From the NCBI GenBank assembly GCA_963706575.1, contig CAVPNL010000006.1, positions 704,001-768,000 of the forward strand: a stretch of 64,000 bases of DNA, given 5' to 3'. Every line of letters begins with the position of its first letter. Positions within the stretch are counted from its first letter, which is position 1. Source of the DNA: an uncultured delta proteobacterium (GTDB lineage: Bacteria; Desulfobacterota; Desulfobacteria; Desulfobacterales; JAHEIW01). Positions 18,672-28,337 of this stretch are shown here, in pieces. Below the pieces are notes generated by a model. The model was given only the letters and a program-made list of their open reading frames with translations, made no database searches and had not been told where the DNA came from. The translations under genes and the position numbers were made by a program.

Positions 18672-19582
18672 GATCCATCCTCAAATAGTTTCGGATGAAG
18701 TAACCGGGTTAATATTTCAAGCGCATCGAATAATCGCGGAGAAGGACGATCAAACACATCCGAGTCGACCATATAAATTCGCTTTTTGCGCACAGCCGGC
18801 ATATGCGCTAGACGATTCCAATCTGCTTTGGCCTTTTCAAAAGCCCCCGATCTTGCCATCGTTGTAACAATCAGAACATCCGGCGCAAGGGCCAATACCT
18901 GCTCCCGGCTGAAATGCGGATAGGCGCTGTTGCCGGCCGCAACATTGATGCCGCCGGCCCGAACAATGAGCTCGTGGATAAAGGTGTTCGAACCCGCCGA
19001 TATAATAGGGGAGATCCCAATCTGGATAAATACGCGCGGCCGGCGATCTATCCTCGAAACGAGGTCATCCACCTGCTGCATCCGGCTGCGCATATCCTCA
19101 ACCAGTGTTTTTGCTATTGCCGAAGCATTGAGGACCCCGCCGATTCTTTGGATGGTCTGCAGCAATGATTCGAGATCGCGCGGATTTACTGCAAAAACAG
19201 GGATATTGAGAGATTGCAGCCGATCGATAATTGCTTTTGGATTGCCATCTTTAATCGCAATGCAAAGATCCGGATTCAAGGCAACGATGCGCTCAAGATC
19301 CAGGCGCACATAGGAGCCGACTTTAGGCAATTGTGCTGCTGCAGCTGGATAATTACTGAATTGGGTGGTGCCTTTTAGGCGGCCCTGCTGCCCGAGCGCA
19401 AATATTATTTCTGTAATACTCGGTGCCAACGCGACAACTCGCTTCGGATCATCGGGCACACGAATTTCTCGTCCTAATTGATCTTCAGCGGTTTTTGCTG
19501 TAAGCGGCAGGCCACTTGCCAGCAAAATGGTGATCGCTGATATTGATGTTGCTAATATTTTAGGGATCATCTTCTTCTTCAT
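18668..19582 (-). CDS. btuF: Periplasmic cobalamin-binding protein
   Basis: RVVALAPSITE, ERIVALNPDL and RPSPR. The likely start is MKKKMIP at 19582, because the longer ORF start lies inside a repeat. Confidence 0.85.
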   Translation of the reverse strand: MKKKMIPKILATSISAITILLASGLPLTAKTAEDQLGREIRVPDDPKRVVALAPSITEIIFALGQQGRLKGTTQFSNYPAAAAQLPKVGSYVRLDLERIVALNPDLCIAIKDGNPKAIIDRLQSLNIPVFAVNPRDLESLLQTIQRIGGVLNASAIAKTLVEDMRSRMQQVDDLVSRIDRRPRVFIQIGISPIISAGSNTFIHELIVRAGGINVAAGNSAYPHFSREQVLALAPDVLIVTTMARSGAFEKAKADWNRLAHMPAVRKKRIYMVDSDVFDRPSPRLFDALEILTRLLHPKLFEDGS

Positions 19583-19602
19583 AAAAGCAAACTGTTGGCT
19601 AG

Positions 19603-19687
19603 AGTGTTTAGTGTTTAGTATTCTAACAAATTGATATAATGTCACTCACGTTATACTAAACACCAAACACGAAACACTAAAACACTA
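19603..19687. repeat. Inverted 7-mer cassette, family A, no cargo gene
   Basis: AGTGTTTAGTGTTTAGTA - spacer - TACTAAACACCAAACACGAAACACTAAAACACTA. The spacer is homologous to the reverse complement of the 16762 copy's spacer. Confidence 0.85.
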
Positions 19688-19696
19688 GGGTAAAAC

Positions 19697-19730
19697 AAAA
19701 AAACCCTTCAAGCGATTATGGCTTGAAGGG
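19697..19730 (-). terminator. Intrinsic terminator in the btuF riboswitch expression platform
   Basis: Minus strand CCCTTCAAGC-cataatc-GCTTGAAGGG-TTTTTTT. Confidence 0.75.
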
Positions 19731-19883
19731 CTGCACCCAGTTTGCTTGACCCTTTTTTATGTAATGCCAGTCCTCTGTCTTTCGCAGAGTGAGACCGCTG
19801 CCAAACACCCTTTTTTGCCCCATTTCATCTTGCGGCAAAAATGCGCATTTTTCAAAGGTCTCAAAACGATGGCAATCTGGCAA

Positions 19884-20068
19884 GGCAGGTCTTCTGACTC
19901 CCCCGCCCTTTTAGCAACCTTCCCATCCCGATTGGTCGAAACAGTGGCATTCGCGGCTAAAAGGGTTCTCTCTTTGTCCATAGCACACAACAAAAAGAGC
20001 AGGGTTACAGCGGCGGGACCGCTCCCGGCTTTAACGGGATTCCCTATTAAGCATACGCACCTTATTCC
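19884..20068 (-). ncRNA. Cobalamin riboswitch upstream of btuFCD
   Basis: Minus strand AGGTG...AATAGGGAA...CCCGCCGCTGTAA...GCCACTG...GGGAAGG...AGTCAGAAGACCTGCC. Confidence 0.93.
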
Positions 20069-20266
20069 CTGAAAATATCTTTTAAGGGAAAATCGGTTTC
20101 AAGTCAACAAAATTAAGTTGACAAAGGTTTGAGGTTTATTTAATTGGGTTTTAAAAATACAAATCAAAAATCTGGTGGTTCCTTTTTTTTAAATAAAACT
20201 GCTTTGAAATTGCCAGATTTTGTTCGTGAGCTCGACGCAATTCGCTTCATAAGCGGAGCATACACC

Positions 20267-20361
20267 TCGTGGCTGGAAGCCACTCCCACTGTTTTTACAC
20301 TCATAACAGTGTATTTATCGAACCTCCTAAGCAATAAGTGGGAGCGGCATCTTGCCGCGAT
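20267..20361. repeat. REP-like doublet (GTGGGAGCGGC family)
   Basis: TCGTGGCTGGAAGCCACTCCCAC...GTGGGAGCGGCATCTTGCCGCGAT. Related to 25996-26059 and 40308-40369. Confidence 0.7.
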
Positions 20362-20392
20362 ATTCGAGCATTTTGAAGCGGTTCGCAACGCA

Positions 20393-20580
20393 GCTGTCGG
20401 GCAAAAGATGGTAATTTATAAACAGTTTTAGGGATAATAGGGAAACCGGTGTAAAACCGGTACGGACCCGCCGCTGTGTTCGGGGACAAAACCCGCAGGT
20501 TGCCACTGGCTCGTTGCCAAGCGAACCGGGAAGGTGCGGGGAGTAGGTCGATCCGAAAGTCAGAAGACCTGCCAACAGAT
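20393..20580 (+). ncRNA. Cobalamin riboswitch upstream of cobT
   Basis: AATAGGGAAACCGGTGTAAAACCGG...CCCGCCGCTGTG...GCCACTG...GGGAAGG...AGTCAGAAGACCTGCC. Confidence 0.93.
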
Positions 20581-20602
20581 TTGGGTTTGGGGAGATGGTA
20601 AA

Positions 20603-20649
20603 TCCTCAAGCGTGGTTATGATTGTTGAACCACACTTGGGGTTTTTTTT
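20603..20649 (+). terminator. Riboswitch-linked intrinsic terminator
   Basis: CCTCAAGCGTGGTT...AACCACACTTGGGG followed by T8. Confidence 0.65.
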
Positions 20650-20658
20650 GGAATTAAG

Positions 20659-20756
20659 CCACGAAAGCACGAAAACTAAAAAAGGCACGAAATTTTAAAA
20701 ATTTTGTTTTCTGCAAGCGTTTTTTTTCGTGTTTTTATCCTTTCGTGATTTCGTGG
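20659..20756. repeat. Inverted short-repeat cassette, family C (CACGAA / TTCGTG arms)
   Basis: CCACGAAAGCACGAAA...CACGAAA - spacer - TTTCGTG...TTTCGTGATTTCGTGG. Relatives at ~27257-27320, 45931-45980 and 53756-53972. Confidence 0.7.
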
Positions 20757-20776
20757 TAAAAATGGAAAGGAGAAAT

Positions 20777-21848
20777 ATGGGAATGAATTTAGCTGAAATT
20801 ATTGAAGGAATTAAGCCTGTAGATCAGCAATGGATTCAAAAAGCGCAGGAACGAACCGCCCAGCTGGTGATGCCCACCCGGGCTCTGGGCCGGCTGCATG
20901 AGATATCTGAACGGCTATGCGGCATCCAGCAGACGCTTGCGCCCGTTATCGATCAAAAAGCCATCCTGGTTATGGCCGGGGACCACGGGGTTGTTGCAGA
21001 AGGGGTCAGCGCTTACCCCCAGGAGGTTACCCCGGCGATGGTGCAGACCTTTCTTGTCGGCGGGGCCGGCATTAATGCCATCTCGCGCCAGGTGGGCGCC
21101 GATGTATGGGTGGTGGATATGGGGATCATTCCGGAGCTGGATGCCACCGGTCTCAAAGGCGCAGAGCGCCTGGTGGTTGAAAAAATCGGAAATGGAACCG
21201 CCAGTTTCACGAAAGGACCCGCCATGTCGCGCCAGGACGCGGAAAAAGCATTGCAGGTCGGGTTCGAACAGGCCTCAAGACGCGTGGAAAATGGGGCGGA
21301 GATTCTGGGTACCGGCGACATGGGGATCGGCAACACCACGCCTTCGGCTGCCATCGGTGCTGTGATTACCGGGGCCAGCCTGGATGAGATGGTGGGGCGC
21401 GGGACCGGAGTTGATGATGCCGGGCTGGCGCACAAACGCGACATCGTGCGCCGCGGTATCGAAGTCAATACACCACAGCCCGAAGATGGGCTGGAAGTTC
21501 TGGCGAAAGTCGGGGGATTTGAAATCGGCGGGATCGCCGGCACCATACTTGCCGGCTGCTTTTCATCGGCGGGCGGTGGTTATGGACGGATTTATCTCAA
21601 CCGCCGGTGCCCTGATTGCCCACACGCTGTGCCCGACCGTTAAAGACTATTTATTTGCGGGACACTGCTCCGAAGAGGCCGGCCACCGCATCATGCTAAA
21701 CCATTTAGGGCTGGAGCCCATTCTCGATCTGGGCATGCGTCTGGGGGAGGGGACCGGAGCTGCTCTGGCGATGGGTGTTATGGATGGCGCTGTTCGTATG
21801 TTTAAGGAGGTCTTGACCTTTGAGGAAGCCGGCGTTGCGAATAAGTAG
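20777..21848 (+). CDS. cobT: Nicotinate-nucleotide--dimethylbenzimidazole phosphoribosyltransferase, with one frameshift near 21555
   Basis: AGDHGV, GDMGIGNTT and GGFEI lie in ORF 20729..21643. MDGFIST and LGMRLGEGTGA lie in ORF 21384..21848. Confidence 0.92.
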
Positions 21849-21914
21849 TAAACACAGATGACAGAGGCTATATTTCGGTAATCAAATATCATACGCGATG
21901 AGCGCGCGATATCA

Positions 21915-21956
21915 AAATTAAACGACAGAGTCATTGCTGACCCTGTCGTTAATTTG
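21915..21956. terminator. Hairpin between convergent genes (possible bidirectional terminator)
   Basis: AAATTAAACGACAGAGTCA-ttgc-TGACCCTGTCGTTAATTT. Confidence 0.5.
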
Positions 21957-21962
21957 TTTCTA

Positions 21963-22394
21963 TTATTTACGGGTATATTTCCGATACCAGACATTCGCTG
22001 CGTCAATGTTTCTTGGGGGTTCATCATAGCCCAATACAAACTCCAAAGTTTTTCCAGAATTACTAATTTTTGTAATCTGATAGGCTTCTTCTCCCCAATC
22101 TCCTACCCAATTGCATTTGTAAAAAATATTGCCCTCTAAATCAGACCATTTGCCGGTTATAAGGTATCTGCCACCATCACAGGGAACTTTAGAATTGGCG
22201 TCTTTGAAGCAGTTAAACGTCCCGGCAGGTTTATAAATTATCTTTTGTGGAATGCCACTGCCATATTTAATGTTGATCCACGTGCCGTATAGTTCTTCCT
22301 GGTTTTTCGCAAAATATCCCCATTCTCCAGCTATGACCTGAGTAGCGAAAGCAAAAATAACTATACTCAAAACCAAAGCTAAGATTGATTTCAT
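21963..22394 (-). CDS. Exported hypothetical protein
   Basis: Signal peptide (MKSILALVL...VIA) and RBS AGGAG. No recognised family. Confidence 0.65.
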   Translation of the reverse strand: MKSILALVLSIVIFAFATQVIAGEWGYFAKNQEELYGTWINIKYGSGIPQKIIYKPAGTFNCFKDANSKVPCDGGRYLITGKWSDLEGNIFYKCNWVGDWGEEAYQITKISNSGKTLEFVLGYDEPPRNIDAANVWYRKYTRK

Positions 22395-22505
22395 GACGAT
22401 TCTCCTATTTAAAATTAGATGGATAATTATTCAAAGGAATGAATTAAGCTCCCAACGCAGTTGCGTTAGGAGAAAGGTAGGCACAATTTAAGCGGCTTTT
22501 CCATC

Positions 22506-23552
22506 TTACTTCTCTATTGGAAGGGAATCCCCTCCGGGATACTGATGGAACATATACAGCAAACGATCCATACCGATCGCCGGGTCTTTCAATTTAGCAG
22601 CAAAAGCCTCCGGATCAAAAAATTCTTTTGGTTGTTTTTTTGAATAGGTAAATATCATATCCCAAATTGGAGATCGGATCAGCCGGTAGTCGCGGTCGTC
22701 GTAGTCCCTCAACCAAATGGCAACTCGAATCGGGAGCCTGCTCTCCCGCAACGCCCAGACCCGTGCCTTTAAAATTTTCTCTCCAGCATAACCGAACTCA
22801 TGATCGAAAACTACAAGCTCCTTAGAAACCACCGGATCAGAGATCACAAGCGGCGTGGTATCATTCTTGGAGCTCCATACTCTGGAAAAAAATCCTTTGG
22901 GAAACCATTCTGGAATTTCATCGGGTGATAGGGGGTTTTCCACTCTCAGCATTACATCAAGGGAAATTGTATCCGATTTCCCAAATTTATTTACCATAAA
23001 ATAAGTGACGCTATCTGTATTAGCTTCGCTACGGGTAACTAGATCAAATGTATTTAAAATCTGACCCTTATCTGCGAAGGTCACTGTTTTACCGCTCCGT
23101 ATCCGCATGCGATTCCCATATCCGGCCCAAATTTCAACTAATTTAGGTTCAACCAGGGGATTTAGGGGATAACCGTCTATTTTTATATCTCTTATATAGA
23201 TTTTAACAGCAATAAAAGGCATGGTGCCAAAACGCTCCTGCACCTGCGCCCATGTTGGCGGCTTGTTTGCCAAAATTACGAAGCTTACGACGAGGACAAA
23301 TGCCAATCCCATGCCAACCAATAGCAAATGCCGGGCCCAGGGCCGAGAGAAAAAGACCAGATTCCGTCTCAGCGGAAATCCATGTCTTTCCAACCTCCGA
23401 ACATAAGGATGTTCCCGCAAGTCCTGGCGGAAGGCATTAAGCGAGTTCTGCAATTGGTTTTCGAGGTGCTCCGGAACCTCTGTATTGAAGGCCTCATGCA
23501 CCGCTTTCCATGCACCATCTGTTTTCATACGATCTTTTTTTTCAGCATTCAT
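22506..23552 (-). CDS. Putative anti-sigma factor (single TM helix, periplasmic domain)
   Basis: Overlaps the 3' end of the ECF sigma gene; one TM helix follows a short cytoplasmic domain. Confidence 0.6.
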   Translation of the reverse strand: MNAEKKDRMKTDGAWKAVHEAFNTEVPEHLENQLQNSLNAFRQDLREHPYVRRLERHGFPLRRNLVFFSRPWARHLLLVGMGLAFVLVVSFVILANKPPTWAQVQERFGTMPFIAVKIYIRDIKIDGYPLNPLVEPKLVEIWAGYGNRMRIRSGKTVTFADKGQILNTFDLVTRSEANTDSVTYFMVNKFGKSDTISLDVMLRVENPLSPDEIPEWFPKGFFSRVWSSKNDTTPLVISDPVVSKELVVFDHEFGYAGEKILKARVWALRESRLPIRVAIWLRDYDDRDYRLIRSPIWDMIFTYSKKQPKEFFDPEAFAAKLKDPAIGMDRLLYMFHQYPGGDSLPIEK

Positions 23553-24099
23553 TGTACGTCTCTTCTTTGTAGGATGAGATACCAATTTCATTCAGGAGTT
23601 TTACCAGTCGAGCCTTGCCTTTGGAAAAATGTGAACGTGCCGTAGCTTCGGAACATCCCAAAACGCCGGCGATCATAGGATAGGGGGAGTCCTCCATGAT
23701 CCGCAACAGCACCGCTTGGCCCTGGTTTGGCGGAAGCATTGCAATGGCTTCGCGAATCACCGCTACCCTGTCTCCCTCTTCTTTTAAATAACCGAGCGAG
23801 CGGGCCGGCCACATCTTCGCCTGGATGCTCTCAAGACGGATTTCACGACGCCGTCGCCGGGCCCGTTTTCGTAAGGCGTCATAGGAACGAGTGATACAGA
23901 TGCGGATAATATAGGCATGCGGATTCGGATGCCGATCAATTCGCTCAAGCTTAGCCCAGATCAACGCCAGCACCTCTTGAAACACATCTGCCGCCTCCTC
24001 CGGATCGCGCACAATCCTCGCTACAATGCCTATCATGCGCTTTTCTATCGGGCCGATCAGTTTTTCATACAAATCATCGCTTTTTCCCATCTTAACCAC
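23542..24099 (-). CDS. ECF sigma-70 factor
   Basis: EEAADVFQE (region 2) and LPPNQ...Y..IAGVLGCSEATARS (region 4). Confidence 0.88.
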   Translation of the reverse strand: MVKMGKSDDLYEKLIGPIEKRMIGIVARIVRDPEEAADVFQEVLALIWAKLERIDRHPNPHAYIIRICITRSYDALRKRARRRRREIRLESIQAKMWPARSLGYLKEEGDRVAVIREAIAMLPPNQGQAVLLRIMEDSPYPMIAGVLGCSEATARSHFSKGKARLVKLLNEIGISSYKEETYNEC

Positions 24100-24347
24100 C
24101 CGATTGTCGCAAAACGATTGATAAATCTCGCCCCTACTTATTATAACGTCTGAGAGTACGAAAATGTGTAAAGAGAAACAAAGGAAGTAAAAAAATAGAA
24201 GCTTGGATTTCTACTTTTGGCCTTTTAAGTAGATTTGTCTGGGTCAAATCTGAGCAGAAAGAGATGAATAGAGATTTAATGATGCCAGGGGAATCTTAGC
24301 TAAGCTAATATTTTCGCTTTATTGTAGATTAGGCCGTTATTTATCAT

Positions 24348-25205
24348 TTATCTGACTTCTGATTTCTGACCTCGGTTATCTGTCCTCCGACCCCTGTCTT
24401 CTGTCTTCTGACCGCTGCCTTCGTCCTCGGTTCTCTTTCTTCTGTCCTCTGGCCCCTGTTTTCTGTCGTCTGTCATCTCATGGCGATGAGGATAGACACC
24501 ATGTTCGTGGGCATGGACATGCTCGTGGAGGTGTAATTCTTTGTCCAGAAGAATTTTGCCGTCCGCCATCGTGTAAATGGCGCCAACAGTTTCGGCCAGA
24601 AAGTCAAAATCATGGGAAATGAGTAAATACGAGAGATCTAGGCCGGACATAATTTCATTTGAGTTTGGTCTTGGTCTTTGTGTCCAGGCCGTTGACGGGT
24701 TCGTCTAGAAGCAGAATTTCGGGTTCCATGGCCAGAGACCGTTGCCAGAGATACCAATCGTTTTTCGCCACCGGACAACTTAAAGGTTATGCGGTCTTCA
24801 AATCCGTTCTAGACCAAGAAAATCCAGGGTTTCTTGAGCGATTCGCATGGCTTCATTTTTGGGTTTGCCCAGATTCAAGGGACCAAAGGCCACGTCTTCC
24901 AGCACGGTCGGGCTGAAAAGCTGATCGTCGGCGTCCTGAAAGAGAAGGCCGATCTTGCGGCGAACATTTGCAAAGTCTCTTTCGTCTCTGGTGCGCTTTC
25001 CGAAGATTTCGATGCGGCCGGCTGTCGGCTTTAGCAATCCCATAATCAGGTGCAAAAGGGTGGTTTTGCCGCTGCCGTTAGGTGCGATTAAACCGATCCG
25101 GTCCCCCCGCTTAAATTGAAAATCAAGTTGATTAAGTACCGGGGGACCTCCAGGGTAGTTAAAAGACACACCTTCAAGATTTATTATCGGATTATTTTCG
25201 TTCAT
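24348..25205 (-). CDS. cbiO: Co/Ni ECF transporter ATPase with a His-rich tail (frameshifted ~24650-24810)
   Basis: APNGSGKT and FQDADDQLFSPTV in 24798..25205. LSGGEK and LLLDEP are visible in the intervening DNA. ISHD and LHLHEHVHAHEH lie in 24348..24650. Confidence 0.85.
24350..24476. repeat. Degenerate 7-mer tract (ACAGAGG/ACAGAAG on the minus strand), translated as the CbiO tail
   Basis: TCTGACTTCTGATTTCTGACC...TCTGTCCTC...TCTGTCTTC. Encodes the periodic peptide EDRRKRTEDEGSGQKTEDRGRRTDNRGQKSEVR. Confidence 0.65.
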
Positions 25206-25211
25206 GATATT

Positions 25212-25971
25212 TTATAATGATTTCGACAACTCTATGACGACGAGGCCGACAATGATGGTCGTCATCATAATCGCAAATACCCAGCTTGTCGCATTGGTTT
25301 GAAATTCCTGCAGACTGTAGAATTTTCCTTTAAACCCCCGGCACCGCATGGCCTGATGAACCCGTTCAGCCCGGGCGGCTGCACGCACGAAGAGCATGCC
25401 GATAACAAAGGAATAGGTTCGATACGTATTTGCATTGGTACCCGGTCGGAACCCCCTGATTTTGGCCGCGCGCATCAGTCTCAGGTATTCCTCTTCGATA
25501 ACAAATATATACCGATAGGTCATCAACAACAGATAAACTATTTTTTCAGGGACCCGCAGCCGGTACATCGCATGACCCAATGTAGAAAATGGCATGGTTG
25601 CAATCAGGGCGATAAACGCGAGTAAAATAGCATTTGATTTTAACGTTATCTGGGCCGCCAGAATGACGCCCGGGCGATAAATGGCAAAAGAACCGATGCG
25701 GGTCAGCGCTTCCCCTTTGAAGGTAAACGGCAATACCAGCCATAAAAACAAAATCAGCGCATTGACAATGACCAGTCTTTTAAGAACCTCCTGAATCCTT
25801 ATGCGTGAGATAAGGATTAAAATTGAAGAGAAGCCCAACGCCAGTATTAAAACGGAAAATTGGTATGATAATGCAACCACAAATGCATACAGGACGGTCA
25901 GGCATTAGCCGGATCCGGGGATCAAGCCTGTGAATCATCGACTCTCCGATGGCAAAGGGTTCACTGATCAT
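25212..25971 (-). CDS. cbiQ: Co/Ni ECF transporter T component (frameshift ~25890)
   Basis: HRLDPR at the N-terminus; MTYRYIF and RAERVHQAMRCRGF. Confidence 0.88.
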
Positions 25972-25995
25972 GTTTATGTATTTATTTCGTTTTGG

Positions 25996-26059
25996 ATCGC
26001 GGCTGGAAGCCGCTCCCACCGGATAGCTTTAACGAGTGGGAGCGGCTTCCAGCCGCGAT
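25996..26059. repeat. REP-like doublet with a perfect 24-bp inverted repeat
   Basis: ATCGCGGCTGGAAGCCGCTCCCAC-16 nt-GTGGGAGCGGCTTCCAGCCGCGAT. Confidence 0.85.
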
Positions 26060-26098
26060 ATAGTTAGTACAGAGCCCGGATCCAGTTCTTCTTAGTTA

Positions 26099-26581
26099 TT
26101 ATGCCTTCTTGCGACGCTTTCGGATGTAGGCCGCAATCCCTGCCAGGCTCAGGATGCAGCCAATACCGATAATGATCTCTTTGATGCCGGGGCTTTTTTC
26201 CGGAGTCGGCGTTTTTTTACCGGCGGGCATTTCAAACTCAGCGGCAGAAACAGTCCATTCCGCCCGGTGTGCCGCACCGGCGAGTAATACAATTTTCAGG
26301 TCGGTCTTTTTCGGCACCTTGAAGGAAAATTCGCCTTCTGCGTTGGTTGTCCCTTTTACGAGCTCAGTGCCCTGGGGATCTGTGACGATGATTTTGCCCG
26401 CCTTTACCCTTTTGCCGCCGCTGAATTTGCTTTCGACATGGACGGTGTCCCCCTCAACCCACGCAAACAGACTGACTCCATGGGCATCCACTGTTTCGAT
26501 TGGCAAACTCAAAAGGCAGCCAGCTAAAAATAAGTAGAAAATGGGCTTTGCCAAGTTCGATGTGAGAATATGGTGTTTCAT
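26099..26581 (-). CDS. Auxiliary Co/Ni transporter component (CbiL/NikL-like)
   Basis: Signal peptide, then AHGVSLFAWVEG...FSGG and a C-terminal TM helix. Lies between cbiM and cbiQ. Confidence 0.7.
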   Translation of the reverse strand: MKHHILTSNLAKPIFYLFLAGCLLSLPIETVDAHGVSLFAWVEGDTVHVESKFSGGKRVKAGKIIVTDPQGTELVKGTTNAEGEFSFKVPKKTDLKIVLLAGAAHRAEWTVSAAEFEMPAGKKTPTPEKSPGIKEIIIGIGCILSLAGIAAYIRKRRKKA

Positions 26582-26584
26582 TGC

Positions 26585-27193
26585 TTATTCCTTTGACGGA
26601 CCGGACAGCATCGCCGGGTGTACTTTTTTCAAAAAGGACACACAAACAGCGGTAATCACCCCTTCTATAATCATTACCGGTACGTGGCCCGCCATGACGA
26701 TGACAGAAACTTCAAAAAAGTTCTCTTCAGTAAATATAAGTGCCAGACCTAAAATAACAACGCCCAGCAATACCGATAAAAAGCCGCAGGCAAAAGCCGC
26801 TGAAAGCGCCACCAGAGGTCTTTTGTGTAAAAAGGGACTGAAAACCAAATAGCAAATCACTGCCGGCAGGGCCATAATGACCGTGTTGACCCCCAGAGCC
26901 GTTATGCCGCCGAACTGAAACAGCATCGCCTGAAGCACCAGCGCCACCAGAATAGCGGGAAAGGCGGCCCATCCAAGCAGCAGTCCCACCAGTCCGTTAA
27001 GGATCAGGTGGGCATTGGCGGGTCCGATGGGGACATGGATCAGGGAGGCCACAAAAAAGACCGCCGAAAGAATTGCGGCCTGGGCGATGCGGTCATAATC
27101 GAGTTTTTTCAGACCTATGGCCGTTCCGGCAGCCGCCAATGCGCCCCCGGATATCAATACCGGACCGGATAGAATTCCTTCTGAAATATGCAT
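26585..27193 (-). CDS. cbiM: Co/Ni ECF transporter S component
   Basis: N-terminal MHISEG signature; QFGGITALG. Confidence 0.92.
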   Translation of the reverse strand: MHISEGILSGPVLISGGALAAAGTAIGLKKLDYDRIAQAAILSAVFFVASLIHVPIGPANAHLILNGLVGLLLGWAAFPAILVALVLQAMLFQFGGITALGVNTVIMALPAVICYLVFSPFLHKRPLVALSAAFACGFLSVLLGVVILGLALIFTEENFFEVSVIVMAGHVPVMIIEGVITAVCVSFLKKVHPAMLSGPSKE

Positions 27194-27337
27194 GTCCTAC
27201 CTTTCGTGGGACCTAACATGCGGTAAAAAATATTTACGGTTTCGCGTGAATTCTTCTCACCACGAAGGACACGAAGATCACAAAGTTTTAAAAAAGTATT
27301 AAAGATTCTTTCTTCGTGCTTAAATATTTATTTTTTC

Positions 27338-28108
27338 TTATTGCCATTCGTGAAACTCGACCCAGATGACGGCCCCGATTTCTACATCTTTTTTTTCACC
27401 CGCATGTTCCAGTGTAAAATCAGCCTGGCTTAAAGCCGCAAATCCCCACCAGCCGGCTGCAGGTGCAGCATAGGTAAAAACACCGTTCCGGTCGGCTTTA
27501 ATCGTCTGGGTGATCATGTACGTTGTCGGCGCCTTAATTCTGCTGTCCTTATTGTAGTACTCCACTTCAACTTCGGCGAAGGGCACCGGTTTGCCGTCGA
27601 GTTTGACAATGCCCTGGAATACATTACCGGCATACAGGCCGAACGGTTTGGACAATGGAATGATCTCGGTTTTTAAGCCGATTTCTTTATCCCAGCCCTC
27701 ATCGTCACCAAATGCGGTGACAACAGTCTTGGTGTAGTGAATGATAAAGGAATCTTCAGCCGGCTCCCAGTAGGGTTCGGGTTCCATGTAAAACATATAA
27801 ACCCCCGGGCGCCTGACCGGATATGCCGCCTTCCAGGCGTTGCGATCCATTACTTGCGTTTTTTTAAGTGAGCCGAGCAGGTCCTGGTTTTTACCAGCGG
27901 CAAATACATGAAATGTTTTCGGTTTAGCCATCTCCATGCCCACCATTTCAAAGGGGTGAGAAAAGGAGAGAGTGACGGTTATCGTGCGACTGTCTTCCTG
28001 CATCACCATGGTATCAGAGGGGATAACCATCCCGAAGTGAGCCAGACCCGGGCTTGCCATTATGTGAAAAATTAACACCATGACTGCTAAAATGATCGCT
28101 TTGGTCAT
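27338..28108 (-). CDS. Periplasmic DUF4198-type Co/Ni uptake protein
   Basis: Signal peptide, then [16 protein letters not shown] and [18 protein letters not shown] before 28108; heads the cbiM operon. Confidence 0.8.
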   Translation of the reverse strand: MTKAIILAVMVLIFHIMASPGLAHFGMVIPSDTMVMQEDSRTITVTLSFSHPFEMVGMEMAKPKTFHVFAAGKNQDLLGSLKKTQVMDRNAWKAAYPVRRPGVYMFYMEPEPYWEPAEDSFIIHYTKTVVTAFGDDEGWDKEIGLKTEIIPLSKPFGLYAGNVFQGIVKLDGKPVPFAEVEVEYYNKDSRIKAPTTYMITQTIKADRNGVFTYAAPAAGWWGFAALSQADFTLEHAGEKKDVEIGAVIWVEFHEWQ

Positions 28109-28191
28109 TGAACCTCCTTTATTTTCAGCGTTCAATTCCGGCATACCGAATAGCCACCCTATTTAATTTGATCTTCTTTTGGGGCAGTTTC

Positions 28192-28337
28192 TAGAAGTGG
28201 TTTCAAAACCTCAGATCAGGTTCAAGGGCAAGGCGCAGGCCGATCGATAACGCGCAGCATACATGGGTATGTGAGCATTTATCGGAGGTCTGCAACGCAG
28301 CCATTGGGCCTTAGATGGGGTTTTGAAATCACTTCTA
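28192..28337. mobile_element. MITE family 1, copy 2 (146 bp, opposite orientation)
   Basis: TIRs TAGAAGTGGTTTCAAAAC / GTTTTGAAATCACTTCTA. The terminal CTA is the stop codon of the adjacent TPR gene. Confidence 0.82.

Noticed and set aside
19746..20609. ORFs 19746..20072, 19757..19993, 20144..20431, 20301..20609 and 16516..16954
   Set aside because: These are translations of riboswitches and repeats, with no protein-like motifs.
22449..22472. attC-like TCCTAAC...GTTGGGA on the minus strand
   Set aside because: Only ~22 bp long, too short for an attC site, single copy, and no integrase; more likely a simple hairpin.
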